From NCBI GenBank assembly GCA_965267575.1, contig OZ254086.1:832001-896000 (forward strand): a stretch of DNA of 64,000 nucleotides, read 5' to 3'. Made by a program: the position numbers and the translations under genes. Of this stretch, positions 28,675-36,896 are shown one piece after another (the first letter of the stretch is position 1; every line of letters starts with the position of its first letter). Source of the stretch: Calditrichales bacterium (GTDB lineage Bacteria > Calditrichota > Calditrichia > Calditrichales > J004). The notes under the pieces are model-generated. The model saw nothing but the letters and a program-made list of their open reading frames with translations. It was not told the origin of the DNA and did not search any database.

Positions 28675-30762
28675 TTATTTTTCGGACCAACGCAGGCCCA
28701 ATCCGACATAGAAATTTCTTCCCGGTGCTGCTTCAAAATAGTTTCCACCAAAGGCATTCAGGCGCACATTATCTATATGCTCCGAGTCAAATAAATTATT
28801 AATACCACCGAAGAGCGTCCATTTATGGTTTCGCATTGGTAAAGTATGCTGTATACGTAAGTTGAGCTCAAAAAATGAATCTGAAAAAGCAGTGTTGGCA
28901 TCATCAGCAAATATCCGGTCAAGGTAGCGCCCTTCCAGTATGACCAGCCCTTTTTCACTATAAGTGTATGTCAATCCGCCGGTGGCCAGATGCTTTGGAA
29001 TCCCGGGCAGCCTGTTCCCCCCGTATTGATTTCCCGCAACCAGATAATCGTTGTATTTAAAATCAGAATAGGTGTAGGAAATCCTGCCCGAAAAGTAATT
29101 CGTTGCCTGCCAGTTCAAGGATGATTCGATACCCTTTCGTGTGGAAACTCCCGCATTACGATAAAAAAAACGACCCGGGTTGCTGCTTATTTCAAAAGGG
29201 ACAAGCTCATTGTTTAATTTAAGATAGAAGAATGCTGTCTGATAGCTGAGCCGGGATTTTCTGCCTTTCACGCCAACTTCGTAATTGTACGCCTCCTGAG
29301 GGTCAAGCTGATCATTAAATCCCTGTGAACCGTCCGGATTGGCGGAGAGTTCACTTAGCGCAGGTGTTTCAAAATTATAGCTGTAATTTGCATAAAGATA
29401 ATGATTTGCATTCAACGCATAGCTTATTCCCAAAGCAGGGCTCACACTCTTATAAATAGAAATGCCCGAATCATCACCGTCATTAAAAAATTTATCATCT
29501 GCGCTTAATTCGTTGTAATCATAGCGTAAAGCGCTCATTAACCAGATGTCCGGAAGCGGGGCCCATTCCTGCAGCCAATAGAATCCGGCAGATGAAAATT
29601 GCTCAATTTGCTCAAATACAAGCGGTCCCGGTGTACCCTGCAGATTATCAAAGCGTTTCCTGTGATCCGATTGCCATTCCAAATCTATACCTGCGGAGAT
29701 TATGTAGGGTTTCTTAAATAATTCACTTTTGCTTTTTATCTGAAATCCGGCACCACTAAAGTTGCGGAATAAGTTAACTGCACCACCGGATTCAAAGGGC
29801 AGACGGTTGCTAAAATCCCGGAAAAGATAAAATCCGTACGCATTAAGGCTAATATCATCAGACCATTGCTGCTGCCAGCGTAAACCGATTTTACCCTGCT
29901 CGACATTTTCGCCCGCGGAAAAGGAGAGATTGCGATTTCGTGCCTGGGCGGGATTTGCAGCAAACTCTTCTGCTGTTAAACCACCGGCATCCTCAGCCAG
30001 CGGACTGTAAACATAATTCAGAGTCCATTCAAGAAAACCCGTATCGCTGAGCACGTGCTGAACTTTGGCATTAAACAGACTGTTTTGCATACGGCTATGT
30101 TTTCTATATCCGTTCTGCTGTGTGTGAGTGGCAAAAGCAATCCATCTGAAGGAACCGATTTTACTCCCAGCTTTTAACTGGTAGCGCTGCATATCATAAC
30201 TTCCGGTCGTAATGCGGGCTTCTGTAAAGGTCCGTTTTGGTGGATTCTCTGAATTAAGCAGAATGACACCCCCGGCGGCATTGCCGAATATTCCGGAAGC
30301 AGGCCCGCTTAACATTGTAGCTCCTGTAATCAAACCGGCATCGAGATTGTCCACCTGGCCCTGTCCGTCAGGCGTCGTTTCCGGTAAGCCATCGATGTAA
30401 ATTTTAATTCCGCGTATCCCGAAAGCGGCCCTGGCACCAAAACCGCGTACCGAAAGACGCAAATCCTGGGCAAAATTATTGGCATTTAGAACGAGCAGTC
30501 CGGGGATATGCTTAAGGGGTTCGGCCAGGGAAACCTGTCTGCGCCCATTCTGCCAGTCATCCTGATTCAGTCTGTTTATTTTATAGGGCGCATGAAGCTC
30601 CTGTAAAGGGAGACGCTGTGCCTCGACGACAATTGAATCAAGCGTGCCAACAAACAGGGTATCCCGGCTCTGAGCGGAGATAAAGTTTATTTGCAGAAAG
30701 AAGCACGCTAATCCGGGATAGATTAATCTATTCCAGCCTCCTTTAAAAAATCCACAAAACAT
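28675..30762 (-). CDS. TonB-dependent receptor, YncD/PqqU-like (candidate PQQ importer)
   Basis: Plug NFAQDLRLSVRGFGARAAFGIRGIKIYIDGLPETTPDGQGQ resembles E. coli YncD/PqqU (from recall); C-terminal GINNLFD...APGRNFYVG; start uncertain. Confidence 0.8.
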   Translation of the reverse strand: MFCGFFKGGWNRLIYPGLACFFLQINFISAQSRDTLFVGTLDSIVVEAQRLPLQELHAPYKINRLNQDDWQNGRRQVSLAEPLKHIPGLLVLNANNFAQDLRLSVRGFGARAAFGIRGIKIYIDGLPETTPDGQGQVDNLDAGLITGATMLSGPASGIFGNAAGGVILLNSENPPKRTFTEARITTGSYDMQRYQLKAGSKIGSFRWIAFATHTQQNGYRKHSRMQNSLFNAKVQHVLSDTGFLEWTLNYVYSPLAEDAGGLTAEEFAANPAQARNRNLSFSAGENVEQGKIGLRWQQQWSDDISLNAYGFYLFRDFSNRLPFESGGAVNLFRNFSGAGFQIKSKSELFKKPYIISAGIDLEWQSDHRKRFDNLQGTPGPLVFEQIEQFSSAGFYWLQEWAPLPDIWLMSALRYDYNELSADDKFFNDGDDSGISIYKSVSPALGISYALNANHYLYANYSYNFETPALSELSANPDGSQGFNDQLDPQEAYNYEVGVKGRKSRLSYQTAFFYLKLNNELVPFEISSNPGRFFYRNAGVSTRKGIESSLNWQATNYFSGRISYTYSDFKYNDYLVAGNQYGGNRLPGIPKHLATGGLTYTYSEKGLVILEGRYLDRIFADDANTAFSDSFFELNLRIQHTLPMRNHKWTLFGGINNLFDSEHIDNVRLNAFGGNYFEAAPGRNFYVGLGLRWSEK

Positions 30763-30763
30763 A

Positions 30764-32206
30764 CTAAAGAATTGGAATGAGTTTATAGATCTCGCCCGGG
30801 TTCTCCACGGCGACATAAATATAATTGTCCGGTGATTCCCTAACCTGCCTGACGCGGCCGATATTCTTCAACAAAACTTCCTGTGCTGTAACTTTATTAC
30901 CATCGACCTTACAGAGATTAACATATTTATAGCGCAAAGAACCCACCAGCAGATGCCCTTTCCAGCCGGGATAGCGATCTCCTTCCACGAAATCCATTCC
31001 GCATGGTGCAATCGACGGTACCCAATACAAGAGGGGCTGGGCCATGCCTTCTTTTTCGGTCAGTTTCGTAAAAACGGTTCCATCATAGTTGATTCCATAT
31101 GAAATAACCGGCCAGCCGTAGTTAGCAGCCTTTTTTATGATGTTGATTTCGTCACCGCCGCGAGGTCCGTGTTCATGGGTCCAGATTTCGCCGCTCGTTG
31201 GATTCTTTACCATGCCCTGTTGATTACGGTGGCCATACGAATAGATGCTTTTTACGGCATCCGCCCGATTGACAAACGGATTATCATCTGGTATCCGGCC
31301 GTCATCGTAAATACGATGCACTTTTCCGGGATAAACAGAGAGATCCTGGGGATAGACATTTCTTGAGCCGCGGTCACCTACGGTGATAAACAGATAGCCA
31401 TTATTGTCAAACTCCAGCCGTGAACCGTAATGGTGCCTTTTTGTCGAATAGGGTAACGCTTCCAGCAATAATTTGCCTTCCGTAAGCTGGTTTCCCTCGA
31501 GCGTGTAGCGCGAAACGGCCGTAGTTGATAAAATTTCGCCACCCTCTTTTTTGAAGATAGAATAAGAAAGGTAGAGCCAGTTGTTTTCAGGAAAATCGGG
31601 ATGCAATTCAATATCCAGCAGACCGCCCTGGCCCTTGTATAAAACTTCCGGCACACCGCTTATTTGGATCTTGCTTTTGTCTTCTTTACAGCGCCACAAT
31701 TCGCCGGATTTATCTGTAACGAGCATATCACCGTTTGGAAGAAAAGCCATACCCCAGGGACTCTCCAGCCCATCAACCACTTTCTCCAGGCGGAAGCTGA
31801 ATTTTTCCGCCTCAAAAATATTATCCGTAACGGATTCCTTTTTAAAATCATATTTGTCCAGATTTTGAATACCATAGCGGATATAACTTACAAGCTCATC
31901 CAATTGCTGCTCATTGAAAGCTTTTCCGAAGGCCGGCATACCAGCTTCCAGATCGCCCCTGCCATCTGAAATAGATTTACGCAATTCTTCGGGAGAATTA
32001 CCATACTTCCATTTCCGGTCAACAAAAACCTGCATCAGGGCACCGTGACAACCGGAACAGTATTCGCTAAAAGTAGCCTGAGCCCGTTTCATTGATTCAT
32101 CCTGAGCAGGTGCGCTTTTCTCCTGTTTTAACTCCAGACTGCTATTAAAAACAATAAAGATTCCTGCACATACTATTGCTGTCACAAGTATTTTTAATGA
32201 TTGCAT
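30764..32206 (-). CDS. PQQ-dependent aldose sugar dehydrogenase (GSDH/YliI family) with N-terminal cytochrome c
   Basis: CSGCH heme motif and MPAF; PWGMAFLP, GQGGLLDI, SYGHRNQQG, HEHGPRGGDEIN, NYGWP. Confidence 0.9.
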   Translation of the reverse strand: MQSLKILVTAIVCAGIFIVFNSSLELKQEKSAPAQDESMKRAQATFSEYCSGCHGALMQVFVDRKWKYGNSPEELRKSISDGRGDLEAGMPAFGKAFNEQQLDELVSYIRYGIQNLDKYDFKKESVTDNIFEAEKFSFRLEKVVDGLESPWGMAFLPNGDMLVTDKSGELWRCKEDKSKIQISGVPEVLYKGQGGLLDIELHPDFPENNWLYLSYSIFKKEGGEILSTTAVSRYTLEGNQLTEGKLLLEALPYSTKRHHYGSRLEFDNNGYLFITVGDRGSRNVYPQDLSVYPGKVHRIYDDGRIPDDNPFVNRADAVKSIYSYGHRNQQGMVKNPTSGEIWTHEHGPRGGDEINIIKKAANYGWPVISYGINYDGTVFTKLTEKEGMAQPLLYWVPSIAPCGMDFVEGDRYPGWKGHLLVGSLRYKYVNLCKVDGNKVTAQEVLLKNIGRVRQVRESPDNYIYVAVENPGEIYKLIPIL

Positions 32207-32450
32207 TTAATTGTCCTTATTATTTGAAAAGATTAGTAACTGTATAAAAATCAAAATTTTTAGCATCAAACTCAAGAAACATATTATTAGTATTACCGGA
32301 AGTTTTCATTTGTTTTCCGTTTCACCTGAGTGGAATCCTCAACTATTTACAGGCAATAGCGAAAAAGTGTACGCTTATAGCATGTTTATCCAAAATGTCA
32401 CCTATATGTAACCTGAGGGATTTTTTGGGAGAAAACGCAGGAAGTGCCAC

Positions 32451-32490
32451 AAAAGAAAAGGCCTTGCAAACTCAATATTTACAAGGCCTT
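32451..32490 (-). terminator. Terminator downstream of tRNA-Phe
   Basis: AAGGCCTTG...CAAGGCCTT hairpin with A-run on the plus strand. Confidence 0.7.
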
Positions 32491-32498
32491 AAGGTATG

Positions 32499-32571
<73 letters not shown>

Positions 32572-32625
32572 AAAAATCACGAGCAGGGAATATACTTACG
32601 CGTTTTTTATCCCGCAACCCTTTAA

Positions 32626-33513
32626 TTAAAATAAATCGATATCCAGCCCTTCTTTTTTGATTTGCTGTGCCAGCGAGTCGATGCTGGCGAGGGCCTTGGT
32701 CAGATTAACATAGAGGGCCGGATCGTAAACCATCTTTCCCAGTGTACCCTGCTGGCTCTCAATTTCCTTCAGCATGTCGGCCAATGTTATGGAAATCGTA
32801 TCCAGGCGCGATGAAACTTTGCTGAAATTTTGCATGGTGCCGCCGATGGCCGCCTTGTTACTGTCAAGAATAGCATTAAACGTTGCCGAGCCCGCCTCCA
32901 GATTACCGATGGTGCGCCCCATGCGCTCGCCGTTCTCGTTTACAAAACTTTTCAGCCCGGCGCTGGTTTGCTGCAAATTGGCCAGCGTCAGGCGGATGTC
33001 CTGCTGCAAAGCGCCGCTGCCCATAAAGTCGTTTACCATCATCACCGTAGTGTCAATACGGTGGGTTAATGCAGTCATCTCTTCGGCCAGATCACCGATA
33101 GTTATTCCCACATCAACAATGCGCCCGCCATAACGCCCCTGGAAAGGCTGCCGCGCCATATTCAGCGGTTGGTTGGATTGACCGGGAAAAATTTCCACGC
33201 GCATGCCTGCCAGAAGCTCATCACTGATAACAATAAATTCCGCATCGTCATAAAGCGGCGCGTCGTCCTGGATCTCCAGGCGCGTAATTACCTGGCGCTG
33301 ATAGGGCTCCACGCTTTTCACTTTGCCGGATTTTACGCCGTTGATCGTAACCGGCTCACCGGGCTGCATGCCGCCAACGTTTTCGAAAAGCACAGTCAGC
33401 TCACGGGTATGGTCTTCAAAGCGATAATTTTTGCCCCAGATAATGCCCAAAACGAGGATGGCCGTGGCAACAATAACCGTCAATCCGACCTTGAATTCAG
33501 TTGATAATGTCAT
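32626..33513 (-). CDS. MlaD/MCE-family protein
   Basis: EFKVGL TM segment, FENVGGMQPGEPVTINGVKSGKV MCE domain, helical tail, GTLGKMVYD. Confidence 0.88.
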   Translation of the reverse strand: MTLSTEFKVGLTVIVATAILVLGIIWGKNYRFEDHTRELTVLFENVGGMQPGEPVTINGVKSGKVKSVEPYQRQVITRLEIQDDAPLYDDAEFIVISDELLAGMRVEIFPGQSNQPLNMARQPFQGRYGGRIVDVGITIGDLAEEMTALTHRIDTTVMMVNDFMGSGALQQDIRLTLANLQQTSAGLKSFVNENGERMGRTIGNLEAGSATFNAILDSNKAAIGGTMQNFSKVSSRLDTISITLADMLKEIESQQGTLGKMVYDPALYVNLTKALASIDSLAQQIKKEGLDIDLF

Positions 33514-33531
33514 CTTGTTTCCATTCGAAAT

Positions 33532-34008
33532 CTACAACAGGGTTTTAAGATCTACTTTTGTACCGGTGGGTACATCAAGACATACACAACGAATTCCATG
33601 TTGCATCAGCCGTTTAAATGCGGCGGCTTCGTCCTCATCCATGTACAGATATGGCAGATAGTTTTTGCGCCCGTCGCGATAATGCAATCCGCCTACGTTA
33701 ATTTCTTTTAGCCCCACGCCAAACGCCACCAGGTGCTCGGCCACATAGGGACTGTTTATCAGAACAATGGTGCGCGCCAGACGGGCCTCACCATCCTGCA
33801 ATTGCCTGGCCGTCATCTCTTCATTCATGATAGAGGTTTTAATGTGTTCCGGCGTGCAGGATTGGTAAAGTTCTTTTTCCCAGCTGTTGGCATACACCTC
33901 ATTATCACACAGGATGATGGCGTTGGCGTTCAGCGCGCTGGCCCAGCCCAAAACTACCTGTCCGTGTATCAAACGATCGTCTATACGTACAAAAGGAGCT
34001 TGCATCAC
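33532..34008 (-). CDS. PTS mannose/sorbose-family EIIB
   Basis: RIDDRLIHGQV and INVGGL. Confidence 0.92.
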   Translation of the reverse strand: MMQAPFVRIDDRLIHGQVVLGWASALNANAIILCDNEVYANSWEKELYQSCTPEHIKTSIMNEEMTARQLQDGEARLARTIVLINSPYVAEHLVAFGVGLKEINVGGLHYRDGRKNYLPYLYMDEDEAAAFKRLMQHGIRCVCLDVPTGTKVDLKTLL

Positions 34009-34397
34009 GAAACTACCCGGATTCCTTTTTTGGCGTCTTCTTCAAGTTTTTTTATCAGCTCCGCGTGACCCATGCGCGGGCAGTTCATGGCAAACGAGAC
34101 GATAACCGGCACATTCATGCCGCTGATGACCGAAACAAAATTAAAATCCTTCTTGATGCGCAGCGCGGCCTGCCAGCAGCTTCCACCCATCAGGTCCACA
34201 AAAATGTAAGCGTTTTCGGCCAGGCTCTCTTGCAATTTTGCCGAAACACTTGCAACAATTTCCTCCACGGAAAGATGTTCGTTGGAATAACAATAAAGCG
34301 GTTGGGCTTCCTGGAAAAATTTCTGCGCCACTTCACCCAACTCACGGGCCAGGTCACCATGCGAAATCAAAAAGCAGATACTTTTTTCTTTACTCAT
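34005..34397 (-). CDS. PTS mannose/fructose-family EIIA
   Basis: ISHGDLA, VDLMGGSC, SGMNVP; ATGA overlap with the hprK stop. Confidence 0.88.
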   Translation of the reverse strand: MSKEKSICFLISHGDLARELGEVAQKFFQEAQPLYCYSNEHLSVEEIVASVSAKLQESLAENAYIFVDLMGGSCWQAALRIKKDFNFVSVISGMNVPVIVSFAMNCPRMGHAELIKKLEEDAKKGIRVVS

Positions 34398-35380
34398 TCC
34401 CAATCTTTTTCAAGATATTGCCGGTCCTTGGCAAGAGGACTGGCATGTTTTTCCTTCATACGCTTCTTCAGGCGTTCGTTGAACTCTTTGGCGGAATGGT
34501 GGCCGAACATTTTTAATAACTGGTTCATGGCGATCGTTTCCGCGATAACGGTTACATTTTTGCCGGGGTTTATCGGCAGCGTTATCTTGGGGAGAATCAC
34601 GCCCAAAATATCCATCGTATGTTCATCCAGCCCCACCCGCTCATAATTATGGTCGGCGCGCCAGTCAACCAGATTCACCACAACTTCAACCCTTTTCTGC
34701 ATGCGCACGCCGCGGATGCCAAAAATCTGCTGGATATCCACCAGCCCGACCCCGCGGATCTCCATCATGTGCTCTTTCATTACCTTGCCATGACCAATCA
34801 GGACATCTTCCGCCTTGCGCTTAACAATCACCAGGTCATCAGCGACCAGGCGATGTCCGCGCTCGATCAGATCCAGGGCAATTTCGCTTTTGCCAATGCC
34901 ACTGCGTCCGGTAAAAAGCATCCCGATTCCATAAACGTCCACCATACTGCCATGCAGCGACGTTGTCGGCGCGAAAATCGTTTCCAGGTAATCACCAAGC
35001 AGATGGACAAACTGCGTTGTGCTGAACGGTGTTTTGATAATGGTAATGGCCCGGCGCGTGGCGGCCTGCACAAAATCATCCGGCACATCATTGTTATTGG
35101 TGATAATGACAAGGGGGATATCAAATTCGATGAAGCGCTCAATAGATTGACGCAGCTCGTCATCGTTAAGCTTCTTGAGGTAGGACATTTCGGTATTGCC
35201 CAGGATCTGGATACGGTTCCAGGTAAACAGATCGGTGAAACCGGAAAGGGCCAGCCCCGGGCGGTGCAGCTCGCTCGTGGTGATGCGCCGGTTCAGTCCG
35301 TTTTCCGAACAAACCAGCTTAAACTTTAGCCGCTCTTTGTTATCCTTGTAAAGGTCGCGGACGAATATGCTTTCTACCAT
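34394..35380 (-). CDS. hprK: HPr kinase/phosphorylase
   Basis: HRPGLALSGF, GRSGIGKSE, RGHRLVADD, MEIRGVG; start taken at MVESIF. Confidence 0.95.
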   Translation of the reverse strand: MVESIFVRDLYKDNKERLKFKLVCSENGLNRRITTSELHRPGLALSGFTDLFTWNRIQILGNTEMSYLKKLNDDELRQSIERFIEFDIPLVIITNNNDVPDDFVQAATRRAITIIKTPFSTTQFVHLLGDYLETIFAPTTSLHGSMVDVYGIGMLFTGRSGIGKSEIALDLIERGHRLVADDLVIVKRKAEDVLIGHGKVMKEHMMEIRGVGLVDIQQIFGIRGVRMQKRVEVVVNLVDWRADHNYERVGLDEHTMDILGVILPKITLPINPGKNVTVIAETIAMNQLLKMFGHHSAKEFNERLKKRMKEKHASPLAKDRQYLEKDWE

Positions 35381-35419
35381 AACGCACCAATTTATAAAAG
35401 AATAAATCCAATATAAAAG

Positions 35420-35447
35420 AAAAAAGGCATCCAAAGGATGCCTTTTT
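35420..35447 (-). terminator. Terminator after hpf
   Basis: AAAAAGGCATCC-AAA-GGATGCCTTTTT. Confidence 0.75.
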
Positions 35448-35450
35448 AGG

Positions 35451-35771
35451 TTAGCTTTCCAGCTTTTCTACTATTTTTTCCTTCTTATGATCCTTCAACT
35501 TGTTCTTGGATCTAACAATCTGCCTTTCCAGGCTGTCAATAGCCAGGTCAACGGATTTATAAAGATCTTCCGACTTCTCTTTAACCCGTATCACTGTATG
35601 CCTGAGTTTCGCCTTGAACTCGACAATCTGATCAAGCTTTTCATGCGACACAACCGCTTCCACATCCATAATGATATCCGTAAAACGATCCAGGCGTTTG
35701 AGCTTGTCGCTGATGTAAGCCTTCAACGTTTCCGGTGTCTTGTGCCCACGGGTTGTGATGGCGAAATTCAT
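35451..35771 (-). CDS. hpf: Ribosome hibernation factor (HPF/RaiA, short form)
   Basis: ITTRG...LKAYISDKL, EDLYKSVDLAIDSLERQ; position between xerC and hprK. Confidence 0.88.
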   Translation of the reverse strand: MNFAITTRGHKTPETLKAYISDKLKRLDRFTDIIMDVEAVVSHEKLDQIVEFKAKLRHTVIRVKEKSEDLYKSVDLAIDSLERQIVRSKNKLKDHKKEKIVEKLES

Positions 35772-35793
35772 AGATACCTCCTAAGGTTTAGGG

Positions 35794-36693
35794 TTATTTT
35801 TTGCGCGCCCGGGGGTGGGCGTGCAAGTACACTTTTTTAAGATGGTCCACGGACAAATGTGTGTAAACCTGGGTCGTCGAGAGGTTTTCATGACCCAGTA
35901 AATCCTTAACAACGCGGATATTGGCACCGGCATTCATCAGGTGGGTGGCATAGCTGTGGCGCAGCATGTGCGGGTGCGCCGAAACGCCGGAAACCACCTG
36001 CTCGATATATTTTTTTACCATGCGCTGTATGGCCATCGGGTACATCTTCTTGCCGTTCTTTAAAATGAAAACGTTTTCTGTGAAGCCGCTATTTCGGGAA
36101 GGCCTTAGATCAAGATAACGCAAAAGAGCCGCCTTACCCTTCCGGCCGACAGGAACAAAACGCTCTTTTTTCCCTTTTCCCATTATCCTAATCGTTTCCT
36201 GGCTTAACAATAAATCCTGCATTTGCAGGTTAATCAACTCGCTTAATCGTAATCCGCAACCATACAAAAGTTCCAGGATCGCTTTATCCCGCACGCCGTC
36301 AAAAGAATCAGCAGGGGGACAATTTACTATATCGGCAATTTCCTTCTCAGATAGAAATTGCGGCAGCTTTTGTTCAAAACGCGGCATCCGCACAACGGAA
36401 GCCAGGCTGCCGTCAATCACTTTGTTCTGTTCAAGATATTTCAGGAAAGATTTTAATGTCGCCACTTTGCGCGCTATGCTGCGTTTGCCCAGACCTTTTT
36501 CCTGCAGATGCATCAAAAAGAAGCGGATGTGTTTGCGTTCGAGAAGGTTCCAGCTGATATCGCGGCCGTCACCGAGGTCATCTAAAAACTCGCAGAACTG
36601 CACCAGATCTGTATGGTAGGATTCAACGGTATGCGCGGAATAGCGCTTTTCCAAAGTTATATAATCCAGAAACTGGCGAACCTTTATGTCCAT
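35794..36693 (-). CDS. xerC: Tyrosine recombinase XerC-like
   Basis: YSAHTVESY, GLRLSEL, GKGKKER, HPHMLRHSYATH, LLGHENLSTTQVYTH; housekeeping synteny. Confidence 0.85.
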   Translation of the reverse strand: MDIKVRQFLDYITLEKRYSAHTVESYHTDLVQFCEFLDDLGDGRDISWNLLERKHIRFFLMHLQEKGLGKRSIARKVATLKSFLKYLEQNKVIDGSLASVVRMPRFEQKLPQFLSEKEIADIVNCPPADSFDGVRDKAILELLYGCGLRLSELINLQMQDLLLSQETIRIMGKGKKERFVPVGRKGKAALLRYLDLRPSRNSGFTENVFILKNGKKMYPMAIQRMVKKYIEQVVSGVSAHPHMLRHSYATHLMNAGANIRVVKDLLGHENLSTTQVYTHLSVDHLKKVYLHAHPRARKK

Positions 36694-36896
36694 AGTAGCT
36701 CTTAATATGCGGAGACGAGATGCTTATCTTATAATCAACAGTTTTAAAGCCGTTTTCAACAGAAATCGTCACTATTTTTTATTTTTTTTATTGGAATTAT
36801 CTTTTGAAAATTGAAATTTAAGATGACTGTGTTATTTTAGCGGCTGTTAATTGGACCAAAAATTTAAATTTATCTCACTGAAAAGATCGGCTAATT

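Noticed and set aside
35794-36693. Tyrosine recombinase near a tRNA as a possible island integrase
   Set aside because: Size, motifs and the topA/hpf/hprK context fit housekeeping XerC; it lies 3 kb upstream of the tRNA with core genes between.
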